Source: Nitrospirota bacterium
GTDB taxonomy: Bacteria; Nitrospirota; UBA9217
DNA length: 64,000 nt
Assembly (NCBI GenBank): GCA_963751455.1
Contig: CAVVUN010000012.1
Span: 416,001-480,000 of the forward strand
Reading direction: 5' to 3'
Both the position numbers and the translations under genes were made by a program. This document shows, piece after piece, positions 36,572-45,216 of the stretch (position 1 is its first letter; the number at the start of each line of letters is the position of its first letter). Below the pieces are notes generated by a model that worked only from the letters and a program-made list of their open reading frames with translations, ran no database searches and was not told where the DNA came from.

Positions 36572-37459
36572 TTATTCCAGAAACTTGCCGACCGAGATTA
36601 AACCTCCGGCAAGTCCCAGGATACTGCCGCCAAGAATCAGGTATGTTACCACTGAAAAAGGCAAAAAGTCCAGTCCGTTCGTCATGGTCAGAAACTGGAC
36701 AATTTCCTGCGGCAGAGAGTAATAGACGGCGGCAATAATGCCGACAGCCAGTCCGGATCCGATCATGGCCAGCATCATTCCTTCTATCAGGAACGGGCCC
36801 TGGATAAAACCGCGGGTAGCGCCGATCCACTGCATCAGTTCGATCTCCTGCCCGCGCGAATAGAGGGCAAGCCGCACCGAATTTGATATGATGAATACGA
36901 CGGATATGCCGAGCAGGACCGCGAGCGCCGTGCCGCCGAAGGTGACGAGTTTATAGAGACCGGATATTACTTCCGCGCCCCGTTTCCCGTACGATACATC
37001 CTCCACTCCCGGATAATCGGAGAATTTCCCGGCCATCGCTTCGAGCCTTTGGGACCCGGCATACCTGCGATCGACGCTTACCTCGTAGGAATCCGGAAGC
37101 GGGTTGTCGCCGAGTCCCTGCAGCAGCGTCTCCTGGCCCTTCAGTTCTTTTTTGAAAAGAGCCAGAGCATCGGCCTTCGCGAGATATGTAACCTTCTTGA
37201 CGCCCGGTTCCGCATTCAACCGGGCATGAAGGAATTCCTTTTCATGCTCCGTAAGACCGTCTCTCAAATACACCGACATTTCGACCCGTTCGCCGAGCCT
37301 GCTCACTGCACCGTGCAGGTTGATCAAGGCAAGCAGGAAAAAACCGACAATAAGCATCGCCATGCTGATTGTGCCGACGGCAAGCAGGTTCACGAGGCTA
37401 TTGGCGCGGAGTCCCCGGAAGGCTTCCGCAATGAAATAGAAGAGTCCGTATCCTTTCAT
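36572..37459 (-). CDS. ftsX: Cell division permease FtsX
   Basis: NPLPDS, ISNSVRL, EIELMQWIGAT..FIQGPFLIEG. Confidence 0.93.
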   Translation of the reverse strand: MKGYGLFYFIAEAFRGLRANSLVNLLAVGTISMAMLIVGFFLLALINLHGAVSRLGERVEMSVYLRDGLTEHEKEFLHARLNAEPGVKKVTYLAKADALALFKKELKGQETLLQGLGDNPLPDSYEVSVDRRYAGSQRLEAMAGKFSDYPGVEDVSYGKRGAEVISGLYKLVTFGGTALAVLLGISVVFIISNSVRLALYSRGQEIELMQWIGATRGFIQGPFLIEGMMLAMIGSGLAVGIIAAVYYSLPQEIVQFLTMTNGLDFLPFSVVTYLILGGSILGLAGGLISVGKFLE

Positions 37460-37543
37460 CTAATTGCACCGTGGTTTGGTCATATTGGTTGCGAGGCCCG
37501 TTCCGGTTTTCACCTTTCGTCGTTCGTGCTTGGCCGCTGCCGT

Positions 37544-38272
37544 TTACCGCTTGACGATTCGGGCGTCGCTGCCGATGGATGAATCCTTTTGTGTTTCCCC
37601 TGCCTTCTTGCCCGGACGGCCGTCATCGATAACCCTGCCTCGCTCCATGAGAATGATTCTGCGCTGCATTTTTCTGACGGTCTCCCAGTCGTGGGTGGCA
37701 ACGACCACGGTCGTTCCTTTCATGTTGATGTCCCTGAACAGGCTGAATACCTCCTGGCCGCTTTGTGGATCGAGGTTGCCGGTCGGCTCGTCGGCAAGAA
37801 GCACGAGAGGCTCGTTTACCAGAGAACGCGCGACCGCTACCCGCTGCTGCTCGCCGCCCGAGAGTTTCGGCGGCGTCAGATGACGTTTGGATTCCATGCC
37901 GACCTTCTTGAGGACCTGATAAGCGCGCCGCTCGATGTCGCCGTATGGCGCTCCCACGACTTTCAACGCCAGGGCGATATTCTCGAAAACGGTCTTGTGG
38001 GGCAGGAGCTTGTAATCCTGGAACACGAAGCCCATGTTGCGGCGGAGATAGGGAATGCCGGATGCATCCAGCCGGAACGTGTTCATACCCTGAATGATGA
38101 TCTGCCCTTCGTCGGCGTGTTCCGCGCAAAAAAGGATTTTCAGGAGTGTGGTCTTGCCCGCGCCGCTCGGACCTGTGAGAAAAACGAACTCGCCCTTGCC
38201 CACGGAAAAACTTACCTCCCGGAGGGCGGGTACGCCTTCATAATTTTTGGTTACGCGGTAGAGCTGGATCAT
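37544..38272 (-). CDS. ftsE: Cell division ATP-binding protein FtsE
   Basis: GPSGAGKTT, VFQDYKLL, LSGGEQQRV, LADEPTGNLD. Confidence 0.95.
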   Translation of the reverse strand: MIQLYRVTKNYEGVPALREVSFSVGKGEFVFLTGPSGAGKTTLLKILFCAEHADEGQIIIQGMNTFRLDASGIPYLRRNMGFVFQDYKLLPHKTVFENIALALKVVGAPYGDIERRAYQVLKKVGMESKRHLTPPKLSGGEQQRVAVARSLVNEPLVLLADEPTGNLDPQSGQEVFSLFRDINMKGTTVVVATHDWETVRKMQRRIILMERGRVIDDGRPGKKAGETQKDSSIGSDARIVKR

Positions 38273-38291
38273 GGAACTAAAACCCTATCAT

Positions 38292-38402
38292 TTGCCACGG
38301 ATGGACACTGATGAGCACGGATAGCGGCAAAAAAAATAAATGGCTGATCTGCTGTTCATGTTTCGCTTATATCCATGTCTATCCGTGACGATCCGTGGCT
38401 AA
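38292..38402. repeat. Intergenic inverted repeat with 9-nt periodic arms (CACGGAT type)
   Basis: Left TTGCCACGGATGGACACTGATGAGCACGGATA; right TATCCATGTCTATCCGTGACGATCCGTGGCTAA. Confidence 0.8.
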
Positions 38403-38406
38403 ACTT

Positions 38407-39345
38407 TTACCGTTTCTTCCTGATCGCTTCCTTCACCCCAGCCGCGATATCGGCCGCGGACAGCCCGTAATGCTTCAGCAGCCCTTCACAATCCCCGGAC
38501 GTGCCGAAGGTGTCTTTGACGCCGATCCGGACAAGGGAGGCCGGATATGATTCGGCAAGTACCTCGGCTACTGCACCGCCAAGGCCTCCGATGATGGAAT
38601 GTTCCTCTGCGGTAACGATCGCGCCGCATTGTTTTGCCGCTCTGATCACGGCGTCAGAATCGATCGGCTTGATCGTCGACATATTGATCACGCCCGCGTC
38701 GATCCCGTCGGCTTTCAGCAGATCGCGGGCTTTAAGGGCCTCTGCGACCAGGATGCCTGTCGCGATGATTGCTGCGTCCTTGCCTTCGTTGAACACGTGC
38801 GCCTTGCCGATCTTGAACCGGTAGTCTTCATTGAAAAGCGTCGGCACCTTGTTCCGTCCGACCCGCACGTAGCAGGGGCCTTTATGCTCGGCCGCAGCTT
38901 CGATCGCCTGAAGCGTCTCGGGCCCGTCCGCAGGAACAATGACGGTCATGTTCGGGATGACTCGCATAACCGCGATGTCCTCGACCGACTGGTGAGAGCC
39001 GCCGTCTTCACCGACCGTCACTCCGGCATGGCTCGCCACTATCTTCACGCTCAGGTTGGGATAGCATATGGACTGCCGGACCTGCTCCCACGCCCTGCCG
39101 GTTGCGAACACGGCAAACGTACTTACAAAAGGAAGCTTGCCGCCGATCGCGAGACCGGCCGCGGTTCCCATCATGTCCTGCTCCGCAATGCCCATATTGA
39201 AGAACCGGTCAGGAAAGACCTTTGCGAACTTTGACGTCTTCGTCGAACCCGACAGGTCCGCGTCCAGCACAACCACGTCTTCCCTTTTTTTACCAAGGCT
39301 TACCAGCGCATCGCCATATGCATCTCGTGTCGCTATCTTTGTCAC
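38407..39345 (-). CDS. Transketolase, C-terminal subunit
   Basis: GTG start 39345 after GGAGG; DADLSGST, GIAEQ, GEDGGSHQ, EEHSIIGGLG. Confidence 0.93.
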   Translation of the reverse strand: MTKIATRDAYGDALVSLGKKREDVVVLDADLSGSTKTSKFAKVFPDRFFNMGIAEQDMMGTAAGLAIGGKLPFVSTFAVFATGRAWEQVRQSICYPNLSVKIVASHAGVTVGEDGGSHQSVEDIAVMRVIPNMTVIVPADGPETLQAIEAAAEHKGPCYVRVGRNKVPTLFNEDYRFKIGKAHVFNEGKDAAIIATGILVAEALKARDLLKADGIDAGVINMSTIKPIDSDAVIRAAKQCGAIVTAEEHSIIGGLGGAVAEVLAESYPASLVRIGVKDTFGTSGDCEGLLKHYGLSAADIAAGVKEAIRKKR

Positions 39346-39374
39346 AGTTCCTCCTTCAGAACAATAACGATATT

Positions 39375-39567
39375 TTGCCACGGATAAGCACTGATGTACA
39401 CGGATAGAATCAGAAAATTGATATCGCAGCAAAAACGGCAAAGTGGCAAAAGAATTTGAATTTAATTCTTGCCGAATTTTGCTTTCGTAATTATCCGTGT
39501 GAATCCGCCTGCGCCCAGCGGTTACGAGTGCTGTAAGCGCGAGTGCAGGTGTGTTCATCCGTGGTAA
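39375..39567. repeat. CACGGAT-type inverted repeat with nested inserts, between the transketolase halves
   Basis: Left TTGCCACGGATAAGCACTGATGTACACGGATA; right arm TATCCGTGTGAATCC/GTGTTCATCCGTGGTAA interrupted by a 44-nt insert at 39507-39550. Confidence 0.8.
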
Positions 39568-39573
39568 TGTTAA

Positions 39574-40413
39574 TTACTTGCAGACCGATTCATCGAGTTC
39601 TTTCAGCGCGATCTCGAGCTCTTCCTTTGACGGCGTGGTCCCGTGGAATTCGACCTTGCCCTCGAAGACCTTCGAGCCCTTGCCCTTGACCGTGCGGCAG
39701 ACGATCATTGTGGGCTTTCCCTTTACGGTCTCGGCTTTGTCCAAAGCTGCAACGATCTTTGCCATGTCGTGACCGTCGATATCCAGGACTTCCCAGCCGA
39801 ACGCCCGGAACTTGTCGGTTATCGGTTCGACGCCCATCACCTTTGCAACCGGCCCGTCGATCTGCAGCCCGTTGTTGTCGACGAGGGCGCACAGATTATC
39901 GAGCTTATAATGGGCCGCCGTCATTGCAGCCTCCCATATCTGTCCTTCCTGCAGTTCGCCGTCCCCGAGCAGGGCGTAGACGCGGTTCGGAGTCTTGTCG
40001 AGCCGGTGCGCGAGCGCGAGCCCGTTTGCAACGGACAGCCCCTGGCCGAGGGACCCGGTCGAGATCTCCACCCCCGGGAGGTACTTGCTGTCCGGGTGAC
40101 CCTGAAGGCGGGAGCCGATTTTGCGCAGCGTACAAAGCTCGGCAGGCTCGAAGAAGCCGGCATGCGCAAGCACCGTGTACAGGAGCGGCGCTGCATGGCC
40201 CTTGGACAGAATGAAATTGTCCCGCTCCTTCCAGTGCGGTTTTTTGGAGTCGTACTTCATTTTGTAGAAGTACAGGGCAGTCGCGATATCAGCCGCGGAA
40301 AGACTGCCGCCGGTATGACCGGATCCGCACTCGGTCAGCATCTTCAGGATGTCGACTCGTACCCTTTTCGCCTTTTCTTTGAGTGACTTCAGCTGCTGTT
40401 CGGTGACTCCCAT
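39574..40413 (-). CDS. Transketolase, N-terminal (TPP-binding) subunit
   Basis: GHTGGSLS, LSKGHAAP, TGSLGQG, GDGELQEG..N. Confidence 0.95.
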   Translation of the reverse strand: MGVTEQQLKSLKEKAKRVRVDILKMLTECGSGHTGGSLSAADIATALYFYKMKYDSKKPHWKERDNFILSKGHAAPLLYTVLAHAGFFEPAELCTLRKIGSRLQGHPDSKYLPGVEISTGSLGQGLSVANGLALAHRLDKTPNRVYALLGDGELQEGQIWEAAMTAAHYKLDNLCALVDNNGLQIDGPVAKVMGVEPITDKFRAFGWEVLDIDGHDMAKIVAALDKAETVKGKPTMIVCRTVKGKGSKVFEGKVEFHGTTPSKEELEIALKELDESVCK

Positions 40414-40449
40414 GCAAAAATCCTCCTAGTGCGGCCTTTGGCCGGGCCA

Positions 40450-40584
40450 TTGAAAATTGGAAATTTCAAATTGCAAATTTGCGGTATGGCCGGAGGCCAT
40501 AAAAATATTGAATCAATTTGTTAATGCCCGCGTCTTCGCCAGAGCAGGGTACACTTTGCATTTTGCAATATGCATTTTGCTTGA
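40450..40584. repeat. Inverted repeat with 7-nt periodic arms (AAATTGC / GCATTTT)
   Basis: ATTGAAAATTGGAAATTTCAAATTGCAAATTTGC ... TTTGCATTTTGCAATATGCATTTTGC. Confidence 0.6.
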
Positions 40585-40585
40585 T

Positions 40586-41056
40586 CTACTTCGCCTGTCC
40601 CCGATCCTTCTGTTCCTGAGAGAGAAAATCGAGAATGATATCATCAAGACTTTTTTCCTGAACCGGTTCGACAGGAGCAGGCGCCGGAGCAGGAGCAGGC
40701 GCAGCCACGATCTTTGGAGGGGGAGCCGGTTCCGGGGCCTGTACAGGGGCGGGCTTTGAAGCTGCCGGGGGTTTGGGGGTATAGGTGGATTCGTGGGGTG
40801 CTTTATTGAGATCCAGCTTGCCCTGCATCAGATCGCGGATCATATGCTTGTGCTGCTCCATCATGAGTTCGCGCACCACTTCGTCCAGGCAGTCCGCTTT
40901 CAATATGTCGGCATAGCTGGTCTTGCGTGAAGCGAGAATAGCGCCCTGATGATACAGAAGAGACGTGATAAACGGACTATTTGCTCCTCCATCTTCCGTC
41001 TGCACGTGATAGACTTTGCCCTGGAATTTGAAGTCCGTATTGTAGCCGGTAAGCAT
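40586..41056 (-). CDS. Conserved hypothetical protein with Pro/Ala linker
   Basis: MLTGYNTDFKFQGKVYHVQTED..ELMMEQHK..KSLDDIILDFL; plausible coding frame. Confidence 0.7.
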   Translation of the reverse strand: MLTGYNTDFKFQGKVYHVQTEDGGANSPFITSLLYHQGAILASRKTSYADILKADCLDEVVRELMMEQHKHMIRDLMQGKLDLNKAPHESTYTPKPPAASKPAPVQAPEPAPPPKIVAAPAPAPAPAPVEPVQEKSLDDIILDFLSQEQKDRGQAK

Positions 41057-41265
41057 ATAAAAGGTATTATACAAAGGAGGGCAACAAGATGCAACCTGAA
41101 AATGGAACATCATCGTAAAAACAAAGAGTTTGCGTCAAAAGAGGCTGTTTTTTGCAATTAGATTGATCAGCGAATCGCGTCGGGCTTCTCCAGAGCGCGA
41201 ATGGACTTTGTTTTCACTCCGAACTCCTCACTCACCACTCCGCACTCCGAAGGGGGGCTTTTCGC

Positions 41266-41294
41266 TTGACACCGTTTAGGTGTTAGTGTAATTT
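41266..41294 (+). promoter_or_regulatory. Sigma70 promoter of the tRNA
   Basis: TTGACA-17 nt-TAATTT ending 8 nt before the tRNA. Confidence 0.6.
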
Positions 41295-41302
41295 TACTCC
41301 GT

Positions 41303-41389
41303 GCCGGTGTGGTGGAATTGGTAGACGCAGAGGACTCAAAATCCTCCGGGGGCAACTCCATGTCGGTTCGATTCCGACCACCGGCACCA
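41303..41389 (+). tRNA. tRNA-Leu (anticodon CAA)
   Basis: GCCGGTG acceptor, D arm GGAATTGGTAGAC, anticodon arm GAGGA-CTCAAAA-TCCTC, long variable arm, GTTCGATTC T loop, CACCGGC-A-CCA; 87 nt. Confidence 0.97.
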
Positions 41390-41767
41390 TTAAAAAAGAT
41401 CGGCTTTTCTCCCGATCTTTTTTGCTTTTGTGAGGAGGAATCGAACAAGGGGGTTTGGGGGAAAGGTTCCCCCATGCTTGAGGGGGAGCCCACGAGGGGG
41501 CCGGCCCCCTCGTGAAGCGGAGCGCGTGAGCGTTCCGACCACCGGCACCATTTAAAAAAAGATCGGTTGTTCTCCGATCTTTTTTTGCTTTTGGGGCCCC
41601 CCTCACCCGGTCCCTCTCCCAAAGTGGGCGAGGGGCTAGCGGACAATGATAATTCTATCGAATTGAACAAGGGGGTACGGGGGAAGGATTCCCCCGTGCT
41701 TCGGGGAGCACACGAGGGGCTGGCCCCATCGTGAAGCGAAGCGAGTGAGTTTCTGCCACCGGCACCA
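41372..41767 (+). repeat. Tandem tRNA-linked repeats, each ending in a copy of the tRNA 3' end
   Basis: TTCCGACCACCGGCACCA at 41372-41389 and 41533-41550; TTCTGCCACCGGCACCA at 41751-41767. Units share a GAATYGAACAAGGGGG..CACGAGGGG..CCCC.TCGTGAAGCG core. Confidence 0.85.
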
Positions 41768-42127
41768 TCTTTTCAAGAGCTTTTCACGCCGCCTTTTCAT
41801 TTTCCTCTCTGATAAAGTCTTGGTGTAACCGTAAGTGTAACCTTCTTTCCGCGAAAGCCTTTCCTCCTGCTCCTGATGGAGTTTCACAATCCTCATATGA
41901 GGTCTGCAAATCGGCTTCGCTCACAATATTGTAACGACGGCCAATTTCATGGTTAAAGGCAAATTTGTAGTGCAGTTGGGATTCTTGCTTTTATCTATTG
42001 GCTTGCAGAACAGGTGAGGCAACGCATATTGCGGGGTGTGAACCTTCTGAGTTGAGATCCTGCGCAAAAGGACGGCGCGCATGTGGCGGCGACCGCCGTT
42101 GGGGCAATTACGGACTTACTGTCCAGC

Positions 42128-42400
42128 CTATACAGGCTGGTGCGGTTCTGCCCCCATGCTGATGTGATCAAGACGCCACTTCTTATAACGTTCTGAGACA
42201 CGGACAGTCATGGCCTCGTCGGAAATAGCATCAACATATCTCAGTTCTATGCTCTGCCAGTTGCCTGATTCTCTATCAAACAGCTTTGCATTAAACGCAT
42301 ATTCAATTTTTTCCTTAACTCGATTTGCGAATGCCTCGGCGGTTTCGGAATCAGGCTCACTCGCATACAGCAGAACAATATCAAGCACATAAACATTCAA
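42128..42400 (-). pseudogene. C-terminal fragment of an unknown protein
   Basis: Protein-like composition but no RBS or convincing start; abuts the upstream gene. Confidence 0.45.
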
Positions 42401-42436
42401 CAGCTTCCGCTCTATTTAATCAGCCAGATCAGCCGT

Positions 42437-43264
42437 TCAGGCCAATTTAACGGTCCCCTTGCACTGCGGATAGTCCGCGCAACCCCAGAATTGCGAGCCC
42501 GTATTGCTGCCCTTCTTCGCGATTCGCAGCACCATGAGGCCTTTGCAGATGGGGCAGACAGGCTTTCTTTGTTCCGTCCGATCCGTCTTATCCGACAGAT
42601 CTTTTCTTCGTTTCTCGATTCTCGCAGCTGCCAGTTGCTCGGAATAGCCGCCTTCCTCAACGAACCCCTTCTCCAAGGCGGCAATCTGCTGATCAAGCAG
42701 ATAGTTCGCCTGATGGATCAGGCAAATGATCGCGTTGGCTACGACTGCGGGGTCTTTGTGACTAACCCATGCGGCGTAAGCCGCATGTCCCGTCTGATCG
42801 GTCCGATCGGACGGTTCTTTCCTCTTCTCTACTTCTCGTACTTCCCGCGCCTGCGGATCGTCCTTGCTCCATTGCCGGAGACCGCGCTGCCTCAGAAAAT
42901 CCTCAAAATCCAATAGCAGTTCATCCAGGCTGGCCCGCGCAACATTGATCAGCCGCAGCTCCGTCTGAGAAGAAGTCGCCGTTGCCCGGCTGCCTTCGGC
43001 GATATTCTGCCGCCCGCTTCGCGCGGCCTGGACCATCTGGTCGACAGTCCGCGAGCGCTTGTCCAGGAACCGGTCGCAGAAAGACACGGTCGCGTCGTAG
43101 ATCACCGTTGTGGTCTGAAAGGATCGCAGCTTCCGGTATCCGCCGCTCGGCCGCAATCTTTTCGGACGGGCGGCATTCTCCGACCGATCCTGCTGATTTG
43201 ACTGCTCAGTCCGAGGCCCGCCCTCCTTGGTATTCGGCCTTTCTTTGTTGTCGTGCTTGCTCAT
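42437..43264 (-). CDS. Four-helix-bundle protein with suffix domain and topoisomerase-type C4 zinc finger
   Basis: GGYRKLRSFQ, DQMVQAARSGRQNIAEGS, ARASLDELLLDFEDFLRQR, GGYSEQL, CPIC..FWGCADYPQC. Confidence 0.88.
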   Translation of the reverse strand: MSKHDNKERPNTKEGGPRTEQSNQQDRSENAARPKRLRPSGGYRKLRSFQTTTVIYDATVSFCDRFLDKRSRTVDQMVQAARSGRQNIAEGSRATATSSQTELRLINVARASLDELLLDFEDFLRQRGLRQWSKDDPQAREVREVEKRKEPSDRTDQTGHAAYAAWVSHKDPAVVANAIICLIHQANYLLDQQIAALEKGFVEEGGYSEQLAAARIEKRRKDLSDKTDRTEQRKPVCPICKGLMVLRIAKKGSNTGSQFWGCADYPQCKGTVKLA

Positions 43265-43505
43265 ACCAGCCTTACCTCCCTGTCAGGAGTTCCTTGCATC
43301 ATGCCCTGCTTCACGGCACGGGTCTTGTCACGCCGGGTTTCAAGCGCCGTGATCTCGGCATCCATGTCGGAGAGAACGGAACCGATGGCGGTTTGTTCGG
43401 CCTTGCCGGACGGGAATGCTATTTGAAGTGCTTTTAGAGCATCTTGATTGATATTTGTGTTTGCACTTACCGTGCTAGTCTCAATAAATCTGTTTCGGGA
43501 AGCCT
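43261..43505 (-). pseudogene. hsdS: Type I R-M specificity subunit, 3' remnant
   Basis: NINQDALKALQIAFP..EQTAIGSVLSDMDAEITALE..KQGMMQ, then ELLTG in a shifted frame. Confidence 0.8.
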
Positions 43506-43595
43506 GTCCTTGCACTGAGACGCATTTATACCTCCACGGAGTTGATCGCAGCTTGCCCAGAGGGAGCTATAAAGTTTACTTTTCTTTATTGCCAT
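43506..43595 (-). pseudogene. hsdM: Type I R-M methyltransferase, 5' remnant (about 30 codons)
   Basis: Manual translation MAIKKSKLYSSLWASCDQLRGGINASQCKD matches the HsdM N-terminal pattern MAIKKSELYSSLWxSCDELRGGMDASQYKD. Confidence 0.75.
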
Positions 43596-43675
43596 TTGAT
43601 TATTATCCTATCTCCACATTCCCAATGGACCGGATACTTTCCCTTTGTTAACAATCCGAGGACCTTGCTTAATCC

Positions 43676-43712
43676 GTAGGTTAGGCAAGATGCTTGATCT
43701 TGCCTAAAGCTA
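43676..43712. repeat. GTAG-type REP-like hairpin
   Basis: GTAGG then TTAGGCAAGAT-GCTTG-ATCTTGCCTAA. Confidence 0.45.
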
Positions 43713-43781
43713 CTAAGAAATGACTGGCAGAAATGAACGAATAAACTAATGAAGGCGATGTGACTGTTTTTGCTGCGGGCA

Positions 43782-44147
43782 TCAAACGCCTTCCACCAAA
43801 AACCGGGAATCAAAATTCATCTTTTCTAAAAGCTTCTTCGCCTGTTTTATTTCAACCTTTTCGACAGCGCTGACATCGAGCTCATATGTTATCTTTGTAC
43901 TTTCTATCAGAATTTTCTCCTTTTCAAACCTGATGACTTTCAACAGAATCCGTTCTTCTTCCCCGTCCTCAAGCGATACCGAAACGCCTCTTTCAGATTC
44001 ATGAAGGAAAAGCTCAAATTTCGGCGTGCGAAGTAATATAAGGCTCTTAACGTAAATAGGATCTTGATCCTCAAGAGCGAATGAAACGATAAGATCGGGA
44101 TCATCGTCCTCGCAGGTAATAAATCGAACTTTTTCAGCTCTCTTCAT
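43782..44147 (-). CDS. Hypothetical acidic protein
   Basis: 121-aa ORF with a purine-rich RBS (AGGGG). Confidence 0.6.
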   Translation of the reverse strand: MKRAEKVRFITCEDDDPDLIVSFALEDQDPIYVKSLILLRTPKFELFLHESERGVSVSLEDGEEERILLKVIRFEKEKILIESTKITYELDVSAVEKVEIKQAKKLLEKMNFDSRFLVEGV

Positions 44148-44249
44148 GGTGTTATTATTCCCCTGAAAAATTCATCAGTCTTTATTGTGGTACTTCTTTT
44201 CGAAAAACTATCTCCTAAAACTACCCTTAGCTCGCCTTCTTCAACCCGC

Positions 44250-44325
44250 GTCATGCCCATCGGCTCCAGAAACGCCTTGAGCAGTATCTCGCCGGATGCG
44301 TGGGCGGCCTTTATTTCGGCAACAT
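44250..44325 (-). pseudogene. HigA-type addiction module antidote, N-terminal remnant
   Basis: Manual translation MLPK*RPPTHP/GEILLKAFLEPMGMT (stop plus frameshift) matches the HPGEIL..FLEP motif. Confidence 0.6.
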
Positions 44326-44353
44326 TTACATCTCTCCAGTTCGAGACCCAGGC

Positions 44354-44650
44354 TTACGCAGTCTTCTTTGCCTTCAGCGTGATGATAAGCTCTGCGTCCA
44401 AGACCTTCGCGATCTTTTTGAGCGTCGTAATGCGTGGCAAACCGTGGGTCAGTCCTTCTATCCGCGCAATCGTGGATTGCGGCATGCCGGTTTTCTTCGC
44501 CACCTCAACCTGTGTCATCTTCTTTTTGAGCCGCTGCTCGAGTATGCTCCGCGCAAGCTCGTATTCCGGCCCCATTTTTTCATGTTCACCCCGAACAGCC
44601 TTATCTTTCAGTAGTTCTTTTCTGTGTTTCCGATAATCCATTCGCCTCAT
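44354..44650 (-). CDS. XRE-family HTH protein (orphan antitoxin-like)
   Basis: MTQVEVAKKTGMPQSTIARIEG..PRITTLKKIA. Confidence 0.85.
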   Translation of the reverse strand: MRRMDYRKHRKELLKDKAVRGEHEKMGPEYELARSILEQRLKKKMTQVEVAKKTGMPQSTIARIEGLTHGLPRITTLKKIAKVLDAELIITLKAKKTA

Positions 44651-44664
44651 CCTTTACTAGAATA

Positions 44665-44693
44665 ATTATATAGCAATATTGCTATAATTGCAA
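44665..44693 (-). promoter_or_regulatory. Promoter with palindromic operator for the XRE gene
   Basis: TTGCAA-17 nt-TATAAT on -; perfect palindrome TATAGCAATATTGCTATA at 44669-44686. Confidence 0.75.
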
Positions 44694-44766
44694 AAAAATA
44701 AATGCCCCTCGTGGAGGCTCTATGTATTGCTTTATTTGATAGCTATTCTACAAATATTAACATGCT

Positions 44767-45125
44767 TCACTCTACAATCACATTCACCCGCTGCACGCTG
44801 TTATTGCCGAAGCCTCCGAAATTCCATTCCTGGTCCAGCGGCTGTACATTCCCTTCGGAATCGGTTGCGCGTACACAGAGCACATACCTGCCTGGAGTCG
44901 CGTTCCAGAGAAAATGCCATCCCCTCCCAGGCATACGGAGAGAGCGGTTCCTCCAGCTGGGCGTCCGCCCACGTGGCTCCGTTGTCAACGTTTACTTCCA
45001 CTCGAGACACTTCACGACGGCCCGCCCATGCTCTGCCGGAAAGTGTGACAGGCCCTGACCGAGCCAACCGAGTCCGGGTCAAAAAATCAGGAATCCCGGG
45101 AGGAATCATCAAAGCCCTCACCCTA
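44767..45125 (-). pseudogene. Sulfite oxidase family, duplicated 3' fragment with the native C-terminus
   Basis: RALMIPPGIPDFLTR..GRAWAG..RATDSEGNVQP..GGFGNNSVQRVNVIVE; paralogous to 47251-47570. Confidence 0.8.
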
Positions 45126-45216
45126 ATTCAGCTCATCGTGAAACAGCTTCATCACGCACTGCTGGTTTTTCCTTTTTGTCTACACCGGATGATTTCATAA
45201 ATTGGCTGAACCGCTA

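Noticed and set aside
39346-39558. N-terminal extension of transketolase in the ORF track (also 48947..48988 for the macro domain)
   Set aside because: Read-through of intergenic repeats; true GTG starts with RBS lie downstream.
41372-41767. CRISPR array
   Set aside because: The repeats are tRNA 3' ends, the spacers are long and homologous to each other, and no cas genes are present.
41167-41896. ORFs overlapping the tRNA and its repeats
   Set aside because: Translations of structured non-coding sequence.
42437-43264. DGR accessory protein Avd serving the VR at 57.5 kb
   Set aside because: Related fold, but this protein has the suffix domain and zinc finger, sits in an R-M remnant, and has no TR or RT beside it.
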